Shown piece by piece: positions 1 through 13,849 of a DNA stretch of 64,000 nt. The translations under genes were made by a program, and so were the position numbers. The notes below the pieces were generated by a model, which did no database searches, had not been told where the DNA came from, and saw nothing but the letters and a program-made list of their open reading frames with translations. This stretch comes from Octopus sinensis. Taxonomy: Eukaryota. The stretch is from positions 19,840,001-19,904,000 of the forward strand of contig NC_043015.1 in assembly GCF_006345805.1 (NCBI RefSeq), written 5' to 3'. Position 1 is the stretch's first letter. Every line of letters starts with the position of its first letter.

Positions 1-94
1 CTCCCATCACGGCAACTTCAGCTGTTGGCCAGGCATAGTTCATATCTCCTCGTAAATGTTTGGAGCTCATCACATCATATGCTCCTCCATAAGC
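1..94 (-). CDS. PCCB: PCCB exon ([31 protein letters not shown]...), truncated by window edge
   Basis: Minus-strand translation matches the PCCB carboxyltransferase segment; acceptor attcAG at 95-96; phase 0 continues from the 5642-5742 exon. Confidence 0.96.
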
Positions 95-2323
95 CTGAAT
101 GGAAAGCAAAAAGAAACATTAATGTTAAGCAAAGAGGGAAAGAAAATGTGTGTGTGCATGTATGAAAGAGAGAATCATCATCATCACCATCATCATCACT
201 ATCATCATCATTTAATGTCTGTTGTCCATGCTGGCATGGGTTGGACAGTTTGACTGGGCTGGCACGCTGGATGGCTACAGCAGACTTCAGCCTAATTTGG
301 CATGGTTTTCTATGGCTGGATGATCCCTCCCCAATGCCAACCACTCTGAGATTGTAATGGGTACTTTAACATGCCACCGGCACAGGGGCCATTTGTGTGA
401 CACCAATATCTGCCACAACTGCAATTTTGTTCGGCTTCATGGGTCTTCTTCTCAAGCATGACATAATGCCAAAGGTCTTGGTCATTGCCTCTCCGAGGCC
501 CAACGCTCAAAAGGAACTCAGCCACTTTGCCTCCGTGAGCCCAGAGAAAATGTAAGAGAGAGAGAGAGAGTATGTGATAGAGAGAAAGAAAGGGAATGTG
601 TGCAAGAGAGAGAGAGAAAGAGAGAAGAGAGAAAGTGGGCATGATTTTCTTCTTAATTTCATTTTTTGAGTAAATGTTCTGAAGCCTCATATTCATTACA
701 AACACTGATCTTCGAAGTTAATCCAGTGAGTGTTTTGATTACACATTATCAAACACTGAACCAAGCAATTCATTCATAACATTTCCTAGTATAATTCTAC
801 ACTTTATAATGCACCGATGTTAACAGTTATTTCATTCAGAATGTTTTCATACAAAATGATGCAACAAATTATAAAACATCAACCTTAGCAACTAATTTAT
901 TCATGTTTTGAATACCTTTTTTTTTATGAAGTATTTCATAAATCTCAAAAACAACTCTGACGATTAGATTAATATTACACACACACAAATTAAATGCACT
1001 CTATGACCTAATTAGAAATGCATACTCGTGGAATGCAATAGATGCAAGGTTCAAGTCATATCAGACAGCTTGTTGTTCAGATTTCCTTGTTTTATGCCAA
1101 TGCCTCAGAATGCCCACCTACCACTGAAACTAGTAATGTTTATGCAATGTTTCTGTGTGTGTGTGTGCACGCACACACGCATGTGTGTGTGCATAAAAGG
1201 CATTTATGAAAAGAAAGAGATTTTTAAAGAATGTAATATATAAATTTCAAGAATGTATCCCCAAAACAATTGGCTTTCCAAGAAAATCTGCCTGACTTTA
1301 TTCATAAGAGAGTCTATAAAACTGCCACCATTATTTGTCATCATCATCGTCATTTAACGTCCGTTTTCCATGCTGGCATGGGCTGGATGGTTCGACTGGG
1401 GTCTGGGAAGCCAGGAGACTGCACTAGACCCCAATCTGATCTGGTAGTGTTTCTACAGCTGGATGCTCTTCCTAATGCCAACCACTCCAAGAGTGTAGTG
1501 GGTGCTTTTTACATGCTACTGGCACAGGGGCCAGAGGAGCTGGCAACGACCAGCTTAAAAGGTCACTAATGGGGTGTGGCTGTGAGTTTTTAGTGTGAGT
1601 ATTTGATCTGGAAAGCTACAATGAATCATGCAGGAATAACTAACCTTAACATTATATGACTTGAATTTATGGTATTTAGGTATGGGTAGGGAAAGGTGTC
1701 TGACTGGAGTTAGGAAATTCTGGCCTAGTTTCATGGTGATTCGCAGGTTGTACAATTGATTAAACAACTTGCCTCTTTCTGATTTTACTCTGCTATGCAG
1801 TGGGTGAGAAGCTATGATTGCTGTGAATGTATTAGAAGGGCAGTTAGAAGTAAGGGCATCCTTGTAAGGAATTCTTTCAAATTTTTGAGAAGCTCCCTAG
1901 AAGTAGTGACAGCTACTGTTATTTAGGTTACTTAATAACAGTGGAAGTGGGTGCTGTGAAAGCACAGTGGCCAGAATGAGGATGGAGTGGAAAAAAGAGC
2001 AATAAAAGATTCTGTCTGAGTGAAAAGTAAGTTCTATAATGCTTCATCATCATTTAATGTCTGTTGACCATGCTGGCATGGGTTGGACAGTTTGACCAGA
2101 GCTGGTAAGCTGTACCAGGTTTCATTCTGATTTGCCATGGTTTCTATGGCTGGATGTCCTTCACTTTTTTGTGCCACCAGCACAGGTGCCATTTGCATGA
2201 CACCAGCATCTGCCACAACTACAATTTCATTTGGCTTGATGGGTCTTCTTCTCAAGCACAGCATAATGCCAAAGGTCTCAGTATTATGCTGGGTTAGTGT
2301 ATGAAGTGAGACCACTCATGGAG

Positions 2324-2660
2324 TTAAGCATGGCTATAATGCATAGGTACGGAATGCAAAGGATCTTGGAAAGCTGGAAAGAAATGAGGCAAGCATATGC
2401 TGCTGGATGTGTACATGAACAACAGAGCACAAATAAGCTGAGAGAATAAATAACTGAGCATAAGAGATATCAGGAAGAAGGAAAACTGAGCTGAACCTGT
2501 GACATGTATGATGGATGAATATTTGATATAGAAATACCAACTGATACGAGGGGAAGAAACTTGTGGATGAGAAGGACAAAGAAAGACATGAGAACAAGTG
2601 GTGAAAGATGATTTCAGAAGGCTAAAACTCATGAAGGAGATGACGAAAGAGCACAAGAAA
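2324..2660 (+). mobile_element. Decayed RTE LINE fragment
   Basis: Interrupted frames resembling KLERNEASICCWMC and the GRP(R/K)KTW region. Confidence 0.55.
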
Positions 2661-3919
2661 TGGTGATAATGTGCTGGGGAAGACTAGTTTTAATAAACAT
2701 GGAAAAATAGACAAACTGATAACAATGATAATGAGAATGATGATAGTGATGTTGATGATGATGGTGATGATGATGGCGATGATGAGCAACAAAAAAGTTT
2801 AATGTAATGCAATAAAACAAGAATTTTAAAACTTTCTGTTTTAAACACCTTATTATGAAACAACTTAGTTTATATTTTCCCAGGAATCCCTTGAGAAGCC
2901 TAAAAGCAAACTGAAATGTTAAATAATAAATACATGACGGTAACAGAATCTTAATGAGAATAATAAAATTCTAATAAAATCAACAACAGCTAAAAGTAAA
3001 ATTACAGATAACCTATATTATATATTCCATTCTTGTAGATATTTTTGGCAAGTAATTTGATCTGGAATAATGCATTGAAATAGCTACTGTTAGTAGTCCT
3101 ATATTCAATTTATTAATAGTATGATCCAAATAATTACTTATCCTAACATGTAACAATGATTACTGCTAGAATAGTGAAAGATGAAATGGTAATAATGGCT
3201 GTGAAAATCTGTGAATTGAATGTCCCTGTGCAGAATTGGGCCCAGTACTATATTTTGTATGCTCAGTACTTATTCTATTGATCTCTTTTTGCCAAACCAC
3301 TAAGTTACAGGAACATAAACAAATCAATACCAGTTGTCGAGCAGTAGTGGACAAACACAAAGACACAAACACACACAATAGGCTTCCACACAGTTTCCTT
3401 CCACCAAATCCCCTTCACAATGCTTTGGTCAGCCTGGGGCAATAGTGGAAGACACATGCCCAAAGTGCCGTGAGGTGGGACTGAACCTGGAACCACAAGG
3501 CTGGGAAGCAAGCTTCTTACCATACAGCCACACCTGCACCTAAGACTGACATCCAACATCCCAAAATCAGTTTTCCACATTTCTGCTCAGGTCTTCCTCG
3601 TCTGTAGTTTCCTTCCACCTGGATCTCCTGGCACTTCTTTACTCATCTGTTATGCATTACATATCAACACCAATTGTTGTACGGGGAATCTGTACACCCC
3701 TATAATTAGCTAAGTGAACTATACTGGTTAGTATAAATGTGCAGAATAGTCTGGGAAGACTGCCATATGCGGTGCAGTTGTAGTGTACAGGCCGAAGGGA
3801 TTATTGAAGAGGGATATCATAGAGTACTTGTTGAAGATACACAGTTGGAGAGTAATAAGAAAGCTTCAGGAACGTTTAATATTATAATACTTTAGATATA
3901 ACAGTGACAATGAGAAGTC

Positions 3920-4205
3920 GTACATCATTTCACCAATGCAGTCATCTCTCTTGCACACTACACAAGATACATCTTATGCCCATATTATCACTCGGTTCAT
4001 CTGTACCATCATACACTCTAACATTACACATCCAATAAAGTGTGTTCATTTTATTTTTCTTCAACCTCAGAACATTTCCAGCATTCATTACCCATTTCTC
4101 ACTGCCTGGCAGCATCACAGTTCATGCAGAAACAATGCAGTCTGCTCAACCAGGCTTTGTTCCAAAAGAGAACTGCTCTGTCTCCAGAGGTAACAGCTCC
4201 TTCAA
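3920..4205 (-). mobile_element. Decayed RTE LINE fragment
   Basis: Minus strand resembles the RTE segment VMLPGSEKW..YWMCNV..GIRC. Confidence 0.5.
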
Positions 4206-4414
4206 CTTCTTCCACACTGTTCTTAACTTCTGTTTGTATATATTACTTCTTTTCAGTCATTGGACAGCAGCTATGCTAGGGCACCGTCCTAAAGAGTTTT
4301 AGTTGAACAGATCAACCCCTGGTACCTACGTTTTTTGTTTATTTTTCTTTTTTGTCAAGTCTGGTTAAAGATGAGAGGAAGGGTCTATAAGAGTAGTGTG
4401 AGAGCTGCAAGACA

Positions 4415-4800
4415 TTGTGTTTGAGGGAGAGAGAGATGGCAAATTTGAGAAGGACTGAGAGAACAATGGTGAGAGAAATGTGTGGTGTGAAGCTGTTTGA
4501 TAAGAGGAGGACTGAGGACTTGATGGCAATGCTGAGGTTGGAGGAATCATTGGAATGGCTGGTAAGGGCGAATGGTGTGAGGTGGTATGGGAATGTGTTG
4601 AGGAGAGATGGGGAGCATGTTCTGAAGAGAGCGATTGCGTCTGAGGTAAATGGAGCGCGAAAGCAAAGTAGACCGAGGAAAAGGTGGAGGAGGAGATTGG
4701 GAAGGTTGGTTTGAAAAAGAAGGATGCCCAAAACCGGGCAAGATGGTGTGAGGGCGGGTGCTATGGCGTTAAGGTGGATCCAGCCACCCCCGTTAATGGG
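4415..4800 (+). mobile_element. RTE-clade LINE 3' fragment
   Basis: ORF LRRTERTMVREMCGV..VRWYGNVLRR..GARKQSRPRKRW typical of the RTE C-terminus; ends near a (GAT)n tail. Confidence 0.8.
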
Positions 4801-5097
4801 AATAAAACCCGGATTTAAAAGTCTAGATGATGATGATGATGGTACTTTTTCTATCAGTCTCTTTTGAAAAGAGCCACTAAGTTATGGGGATGTAAAGAAA
4901 CTAACACCAATTATCAAGAAGGGGTGGGGGGCTAAACACAAACACACACAGGCTTCCACAGAGCTTTTAGCTACCAGATCCACTCACAAGACATTGGTCA
5001 GCCCAAGAGTAATAGAAGACACTTTCCCAAGGAGTCACACAGTGGAGATGAACTTGAAACCACATCATTGCAAAATGAGTTTCTTAATATAGGTGTA

Positions 5098-5480
5098 GGA
5101 GTGGCTGTGTGGTAAGTAGCTTGCTTACCAACCACGTGGTTCTGGGTTCAGTCCCACAGCGTGACACCTTGGGCAAGTGTTTTCTACTATAGCCTCGAGC
5201 CGACCAAAACCTTGTGAGTGGATTTGGTAGATGGAAACTGAAAGAAGCCCATCGTATATATGTATATATATATGTATGTGTGTGTATATGTTTGTGTGTC
5301 TGTGTTTGTCACCCCCAACATTGCTTGACAACTGATGCTGGTGTGTATGCGTCCCTGTAACTTAGCGGTTCGGCAAAAGAGATCGATAGAATAAGTACTA
5401 GGCTTACAAAGAATAAGTCCTGGGGCCGATTTGTTCAACTAAATACGGTGCTCTAGCATGGCCACGGTCAAATGACTGAA
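5098..5480 (+). mobile_element. SINE family A copy
   Basis: Same head, centre and tail. Confidence 0.85.
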
Positions 5481-5641
5481 CCACAGCCATATCAGCACAT
5501 AGTAAAACATTTTTTTTAAAAACTAATAAACAGAAAGAAGCTCCATCATGCTATAATACATTCCATAACTAATTTTGTTTTAAATGTTAAGAAAGAACAC
5601 AAAAAGGAAAAAATAAAATACATATAGTCTTTGCTGGTTAC

Positions 5642-5742
5642 CTTTCGGGTGATCACAGTTACTTTAGGAACGGTTGCTTCAGCAAAAGCATAAAGAAGCT
5701 TTGCTCCATGACGAATTATTCCACCATATTCTTGACTTGTGC
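5642..5742 (-). CDS. PCCB: PCCB exon, 101 bp ([34 protein letters not shown])
   Basis: Acceptor tttcAG, donor GTaacc; near-identical to vertebrate PCCB; phase 1 to 0. Confidence 0.97.
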
Positions 5743-5839
5743 CTGAAATTAAAAGGATTTGTGACTTTTAGAACAGAAACAATATTTAGGTACATCTACC
5801 TGATGATGATAAATATATATATATATATATACAGGTGCA

Positions 5840-6012
5840 GGAGTGGTTGTGTGGTAAGAAGCTTGCTTCCCAACCACATGGTTCCAGGTTCAATTCCACT
5901 GCATGGCACCTTGGGCAAGTGTCTTCTACTATAGCCTCAGGCCGACCAAAGCCTTGTGAGTGGATTTGGTAGATGGAAACTGGAAGAAACCCATCTTGCA
6001 TGTGTGTGTATA

Positions 6013-6058
<46 letters not shown>

Positions 6059-6279
6059 TTGTGTGTGTTTATCCCCACCTCCACCGGTCATCGCTTGACA
6101 ATCGATGCTGGTGTGTTTATATCCCTGTAATGTAGCAGTTCAGCAAAAGAGACCGATAGAATAAGTACGAGGCTTACAAAGAATAAGTTTTGGGATCAAT
6201 TTCTTCAATTAATACTCTTTAAGGCAGTACCCCAGCATGGCCACAGTCAAATGACTAAAACAAGTAAAAGAATAAAAGA

Positions 6280-6281
<2 letters not shown>
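5840..6281 (+). mobile_element. SINE family A copy (3' half duplicated at ~7108-7342)
   Basis: Same head, centre and tail. Confidence 0.85.
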
Positions 6282-6312
<31 letters not shown>

Positions 6313-7074
6313 TACATATATATACAACCATCTTAATACCCACTTCTTCTCTATGTTCACATGGGTTGGACAGAAGTTGTTGAGAGAGATTTTCTATGGC
6401 CTGATGCCCTTCTTGTCACCACCCTTCACCTGTTTCTAAGTATAGAAATATTTCCCCAGGACCAGACGTGTTTTTCATGTAAGACTGAAAATGAAGGACA
6501 CAGCTCGTTGACAGTGACACTCGCTGACAACTATTATGCAATGGTCAAGGCAAGGAGACAGTAACACACATACACACAATGGCCATCCACTGACAAGGTT
6601 TTAGTTGGCCAAGGACAGAGTAGAAAACTCTTGTCCAAGGTGCCACACACGAAGACAGGATCCAAAACCATGTGGTTGGGAAAGTAAACATCTTACCACA
6701 CAACCAAGCCTGAGCACATTATATATGTGTGTGTGTGTGAAGGTGCATGGCTCAGTGGTTAGAACATCAAGCTTACGATCATGAGATTGTGAGTTCGATT
6801 CCTGGACTGGGCTGTGTGTTGTGTTCTTGAGCAAGACACTTTATTTTGTGTTACTCCAGTTAACTCAGCTGTAGAAGCAAGTTACGATGTCACTGGTGCC
6901 AAGCTGTATCGGCCCCTTTGCCTTTCCCTTGGATAACATCAGTGGTGTGGAGAGGAGAGGCTGGTATGCAAGGGTGACTGATGGCCTTCCACAAACAACC
7001 TTGCCTGGACTTGTGCCTCAGAGGGTAACTTTCTAGGTGCAATCCTATGGTCATTCATGACCGAAGGGGATCCT

Positions 7075-7119
<45 letters not shown>

Positions 7120-7340
7120 TTGTGTGTGTTTATCCCCACCTCCACCGGTCATCGCTTGACAATCGATGCTGGTGTGTTTATATCCCTGTAATGTAGCAGT
7201 TCAGCAAAAGAGACCGATAGAATAAGTACGAGGCTTACAAAGAATAAGTTTTGGGATCAATTTCTTCAATTAATACTCTTTAAGGCAGTACCCCAGCATG
7301 GCCACAGTCAAATGACTAAAACAAGTAAAAGAATAAAAGA

Positions 7341-7373
<33 letters not shown>

Positions 7374-8141
7374 TACATATATATACAACCATCTTAATAC
7401 CCACTTCTTCTCTATGTTCACATGGGTTGGACAGAAGTTGTTGAGAGAGATTTTCTATGGCCTGATGCCCTTCTTGTCACCACCCTTCACCTGTTTCTAA
7501 GTATAGAAATATTTCCCCAGGACCAGACGTGTTTTTCATGTAAGACTGAAAATGAAGGACACAGCTCGTTGACAGTGACACTCGCTGACAACTATTATGC
7601 AATGGTCAAGGCAAGGAGACAGTAACACACATACACACAATGGCCATCCACTGACAAGGTTTTAGTTGGCCAAGGACAGAGTAGAAAACTCTTGTCCAAG
7701 GTGCCACACACGAAGACAGGATCCAAAACCATGTGGTTGGGAAAGTAAACATCTTACCACACAACCAAGCCTGAGCACATTATATATGTGTGTGTGTGTG
7801 TGAAGGTGCATGGCTCAGTGGTTAGAACATCAAGCTTACGATCATGAGATTGTGAGTTCGATTCCTGGACTGGGCTGTGTGTTGTGTTCTTGAGCAAGAC
7901 ACTTTATTTTGTGTTACTCCAGTTAACTCAGCTGTAGAAGCAAGTTACGATGTCACTGGTGCCAAGCTGTATCGGCCCCTTTGCCTTTCCCTTGGATAAC
8001 ATCAGTGGTGTGGAGAGGAGAGGCTGGTATGCAAGGGTGACTGATGGCCTTCCACAAACAACCTTGCCTGGACTTGTGCCTCAGAGGGTAACTTTCTAGG
8101 TGCAATCCTATGGTCATTCATGACCGAAGGGGATCCTCGGA
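6047..8141 (+). repeat. ~1.06-kb direct tandem duplication with breakpoints in (TA)n
   Basis: Identical ORFs at 6251/7312 and 6361/7422 (offset 1061); offset becomes 1063 after a (TG)n length difference. Confidence 0.95.
6740..7075 (+). mobile_element. tRNA-derived SINE (duplicated at ~7802-8138)
   Basis: A-box TGGCTCAGTGG, B-box GAGTTCGATTCC, TGTTCTTGAGCAAGACACTT centre. Confidence 0.78.
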
Positions 8142-8145
8142 TATA

Positions 8146-8185
<40 letters not shown>

Positions 8186-9714
8186 CTCATAGGACAGCAA
8201 AAGTAAGGATTGCATCCTTTGTAGCAAAGTAAATTGCTGAGAGAAACAAGTGTATGACTCAACCAAGTCTGATAAATTCTCAATAAATGCTCAACTGCTT
8301 TGAATAGCTTTGATACTGTTAACACGGATCAACTAGTTTCCGTAACTGTAAATATGATTGTCATTTAACATTATTCCAAGTGTTGAATGGTTTTAACAGG
8401 ATCCAGTGACCTACAAGGTTGTGTCAAATTCCAGTGTGTCAGCTTTGCCATGATACAGCTTGAAGCCCTTCCTAAAACCAACCACTTTACAGTGGGTACT
8501 GTGAGTTTTATTTGAGCCATCACAAGATTAAGAAGGTAGTATCTGAGTGGGGAAGATGGCTTTATGCCAAGTGTCGAAAAACTAAGGCAGGAGAGAGAGA
8601 GAAAGACAAACTATTGACTTTAGCTTAAACAACCTGTCTATACACACACACACACACACACACACACAATTCAAATTGTTACAGGCTGTTTTGTTTACTA
8701 TTAATCCATATGAGATCAAGTAGTACCAGTTATATTATACCCTTCCCCACCAGTTTATAACCTTGTACCTACAGGAGAAATTACTATTGTGATCATTATC
8801 AATAAACATTTTTCTTTTTAGCATTCAAATATTTCAAATACTGCCTTCGTTTGATTTTAATTCCACAGAGAATGCCACCCGAGTGCAGAAATATGTTTCA
8901 AATAAATATGACCCAGTTTTATTTCACAATTGTAACCACTACGGTTTACTTATGCCAATAATGTCATTGTGAAAAATAAGAAACAATATCCCAGTGGGGC
9001 TGATCCTACAAATTTTAAACAATGTAGCTCCACAGAGCCAGGCAGCTGAATTGAGATCGTTTTTTAAATTCTATAACTTAATAAGTATTGTGTATTAAGA
9101 GCTAATGTATGCAACATAATTTGATTTATTTATTTTTTAATTACCAATTGTGGTAGATTTATACTAGATTTATGAAATCATTATGACAAAATGTTATTGC
9201 TTGCTGATACAGGGTATGTAAAGGAAACAGTTTACTGCACTCTGGCTAAGCTTAAAGCTACAGATGTTCTCTGTTCATTTCATAGTACCCACAGTAATTA
9301 CATGCAGCCTTGAATCTCTCTGGCTGGTTAAGATGAGCTTTCACAGCAAATTCCTCAACCAATATGATCAAGCTTGCAAAGAATCATAGTATGAGCAGGA
9401 AAATAATATCTGGAACCATTTAAAATACTCAAGATCTGCCCACCACAGCAGAAATATTAATAATCCCCTGCTAGCTGAGGAGGTTTTTGCCTTGAAGGAC
9501 CTACATGTTGGTCCATGTAAAAAGCACCCATGCCAGTGCCACATACAAAACACACTCTGTAAAGTGGCATTAGGAAGGGATCCAGTCATAGAAGCCAAGC
9601 CAAATCAGGCTGGAACCAGGTACAGTTCTCCAACTCTAGTCTAACTGTCTAACCTATGCCAGCATGGAGAACAAATTTATGAAAATGACTAAAAATGATT
9701 CAGACATGCCCACA

Positions 9715-9930
9715 GGCATATGGTGTAGTGGTTAAGAGTACAGGCTACTAACCCCAAGATTCTGAGTTCAATTCCAGGCAGTGACCTGAATAATAATAAT
9801 AATAATAATATCGAAAAATACCAAGTTCGAAATTTCCCTAAGACACCTGAAGAAGGCTGGAGGATACATCAGCCGAAACATTGTGTTAACAACAAACAAG
9901 ATGAGGACAAATATCTGTCAAATGTAAAAA
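9715..9930 (+). mobile_element. tRNA-headed SINE with hammerhead-type tail (same family as 43.6-44.0 kb)
   Basis: A-box TGGTGTAGTGG 9721-9731, B-box GAGTTCAATTCC 9764-9775, (AAT)n, then GACAC-CTGAAGA-A-GGCTG..CAGCC-GAAAC-ATT-GTGTT 9842-9887. Confidence 0.72.
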
Positions 9931-10375
9931 ATAAAGTCATATATTTGCAGATTTTGAACAGTTACTGATGTTGCGAACAGCTGCCTGGCTGAATAAAAAT
10001 CTGATATATGCAACCAAGGTAGTCATCATCATCATCATCATTTAACATCTGTTTTCCATGCTAGCATGGGCTGGACAGCTTGACAGGGGCTGGCCAGGCA
10101 GAAGACTGCACCAGGATTCACTGTCTTGGTAGTATCTAATTAAAATAGCTCAAATTAATCATTTTAAATAAAGGGAAAATATAACATTAAGAGCTACATA
10201 GAGCAGGTATAAATCAATGATGGTGAAACATAGAAATTAAAGATATTTCAAAAGGATTACTCAACACAGTTGATACCTTTTGTTAAATAAATAGTGACTG
10301 AAACAGAGGAGATTAAAATTAAGGTAGAAAAATAGAATTTTATATAAAAACAAAAAAATTATTTCAATATGCATA

Positions 10376-10770
10376 GGAGTGGCTATGTGGTAAGTAGCTT
10401 GTTTACCAACCACATGGTTCCGGGTTCAGTCCCACTGCATGGCACCTTGGGCACGTGTCTTCTACTATAGCCTCGGGCCGACCAAAGCCTTGTGAGTGGA
10501 TTTGGTAGACAGAAACTGAAAGAAGCCCGTCGTATATATGTATATGCGCGTGTGTGTTTGTGTGTCTGTGTTTGTCCCCCTAGCATTGCTTGACAACCGA
10601 TGCTGGTGTGTTTATGTCCCCGTTACTTAGCGGTTCAGCAAAAGAGACCGATAGAATAAGTACTGGGCTTACAAAAGAATAAGTCCCGGGGTCGAGTTGC
10701 TCGATTAAAGGCGGTGCTCCAGCATGGCCGCAGTCAAATGACTGAAACAAGTAAAAGAGTAAGAGAGAGT
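10376..10770 (+). mobile_element. SINE family A copy
   Basis: Full-length match to the 16266-16665 copy. Confidence 0.88.
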
Positions 10771-11243
10771 ATCTCTGATGTTCCTAGAAGTTCGTAATTA
10801 ATCAGTGAACAGAATAAATCCAGTGGTGATAGCATGTTGTCAACTTAATGTGACAGTCCCATAAAAGGGAAGAATGCTACTGTTATTTAGCCCTAGAAAA
10901 CACCATTTCCTGTTGGGCTTGACACAGGAAACAGTGTTTCCTAAGGCTAAATAACAGTAGCATTCTTCCCTTTTATGGGACTTTCGCATTAAATTGACAA
11001 CATGCTATCACTTTATCGTACTGCTATGGCATAAATCTCTGTGAGAGATTTAGAAATATATTAAATCCAGTGGTGTTATGTGAATGAGAGATAAAAGATC
11101 TCCTGGAGAGAAAGCCGGTACATAGCTGGTAATGCTCCTAGATGATCTGATCTTGACAGCTCAGCTAACATGAGGTGTGTAGAACTGAATACCCAGCTCC
11201 AGATGCAGTACAACAAATTTAAGTTGATTGAGACTTGAAGCTA

Positions 11244-11447
<204 letters not shown>

Positions 11448-11478
11448 TTAGTTATTTCCAATACTATATTGTCATTAC

Positions 11479-11509
<31 letters not shown>

Positions 11510-12805
11510 ATACACATACACACAGAGAGGAAGACAGAGACAGAATATAATAAGTAGAGTTCAAGATGAGAGGCAGTTAGAGTTAACAAAAGCCACATGC
11601 TGAACTGTAATCAAAATTATTCGAGCCATAACCATCTCATCTCTTTAAGAAACAAGTGATGGTGATGAAGACTATCCATGCTATATCATACTTAATAATA
11701 CACTCATCCTTATCAATTTTTTAAGGCTATAGGGTATGATTGGTAGGAAATTTGATTATTATTTCTAGATGGTCAAGCAACAATATAGAGATTTCTTTGT
11801 TGGCTTGTGGTTAGTTAGTTTGCCATGAAGAGAGAATAATGTCTAATGCTTTTGATAAGAGCCCTTCATCAGAGAATAAGACGTGCTCTCCCCAAAATGT
11901 AAGATATTTCTTGATCCCTTGCTAAGCTAACACATTTCCAAATTTTCGGTTCTTATTGTAGAAAGCAGAATAACAGAAGGACAAGATGTCAGCTGTAACA
12001 GAAAGGTAACTGAGAACTAGTGAGACAGAAATTAATGCCCAAGACCACAGTGAGAATATGTCTGTGAGGACATGACTTGGGGGTAATGCATTTGTCTTAC
12101 ATAAAAGAGCAACCAGGCTTGTGCCATTTATACCAGATCCTGAACTACTGCCACTTAATCATCATCATCACCATCATTATTTAACGGCTGCTTTCCATGC
12201 TGGCATGGGTTGGACGGTTTCACTGGAACTGGTAAGCTGGAGAGCTGTACCCGGTTCCAGTTTGATTTGGCATGGTTTCTGCAGCTGGATGCCCTTCCTA
12301 ATGCCAACCACTCCAAGAATGTAATGGATACTGTTACGTGCCACGAGCACGAGTGCCATTTACATAACACTGGAAGAGTGCCGTTTACATGACACTGGCA
12401 ACGGCCACAACTGACTATGATTTCACTTGATTCGACAAGTCTTCTCAATACAGCATCACCAAAGGTCTCAGTCACTTGTCATCACCTCCGTGAGGCCCAA
12501 ACTATCCCTGACTTCACATAATAAACCAAGAAAATAAAAGATGGGGTGCCATTATTTTTAATATTTCTAACATCAGAAATAACCGCAGCGGAATTAATAA
12601 TAGTGATTATGACAAAACAAACATTGGGGTTAGCTAACATTTTTTAGTTGGGCTTTAGTAGAGGTAGATTCAAGCAGATGAGCAGGGAAAGAGTTCCATA
12701 CAAGTTTATAAGTCTCCGTCAGAGGTGTTAGGTATGGTCATCATGTCATAAATACCTTATTTTCTGGAGTACAAATGAAATTTTTTAGACCAAAATTTAC
12801 AGCCA

Positions 12806-13190
12806 GGAGTGGCTGTGTGGTAAGTAGCTTGCTTACCAACCACATGGTTCTATGTTCATTCCCACTGGCACCTTGGGCAAGTGTCTTCTACTATAGCCTT
12901 GGGCCGACCAAAGTCTTGTGAGTGGATTTGGTAGATGGAAACTGAAAGAAGCCTGTCGTATATATGTATGTATGTGTGTGTGTGTGTGCGTGTGTGTATG
13001 TTTGTCCCCCTAACATCACTTGACAACCAATGCTGGTGTGTTTACATCCCCATAACTTAGCGGTTCAGCAAAAGAGACCGAAAGAATAAGTACTAGGCTT
13101 CCAAAGAATAAGTCCTGGGGTTGATTTGCTCAACTAAAGGCGGTCCACCAGCATGGCCGCAGTCAAATGACTGAAACAAGTAAAAGAGAG
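12806..13190 (+). mobile_element. SINE family A copy
   Basis: Same head, centre and tail. Confidence 0.85.
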
Positions 13191-13647
13191 GGAGCCAAAA
13201 CATGTAGGTCAACTTATACAGCAAGATGACTTTAGAAGACCAAAAATTCCATGTGAAATGCAGCAAGAGTTGGAAAGATAATGATGTTTGAATGTTTACA
13301 CTATACACAACATAAATTTGTATGTTGGAAAATACATTACACAAGACCTAGTGTGCAGACTCACTGCCATTTTGTTTTTTGTTAATCCTTGGGTTAGCTA
13401 AGTTTTGTTGTAAATACTATACAGTTAGAACTATGTCATCCAATGTATTCTTCCTCTTTTAAGATGGTAGGGTGGGATTTGAGGGAGATTTGTCTACTAT
13501 TTCTAGCAGATAGGTGTGACAACACAGAGGCTTCTTTGCTGCTTTGTGCAGTTTATGGTAAACAGAAATGGTTTGCCCTTATATTTGTAAAGACAGAAGC
13601 AAACATACAGGATGGAGAGAGACAGACAGAAGAGAGAGATACAATAC

Positions 13648-13771
13648 CTGCTGCCACCTTGGGCTGATTAGCAACATACCCAACAGTTCTTCCATTCATC
13701 CTTGCAAATCCCACAACAATGTTTTTGGCATAATTTGGCATAATCTCAAAGAAATCCTGTTCATCAACAAT
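13648..13771 (-). CDS. PCCB: PCCB exon, 124 bp ([41 protein letters not shown])
   Basis: Acceptor ttgccAG, donor GTattg; overlaps ORF 13553..13741; phase 0 to 1. Confidence 0.97.
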
Positions 13772-13849
13772 CTGGCAAGTAAATCAAAACATAATTAACT
13801 CCACCTTTGCACATGTTGAACTCATCATCCATCAGAAAATCAATTACAC

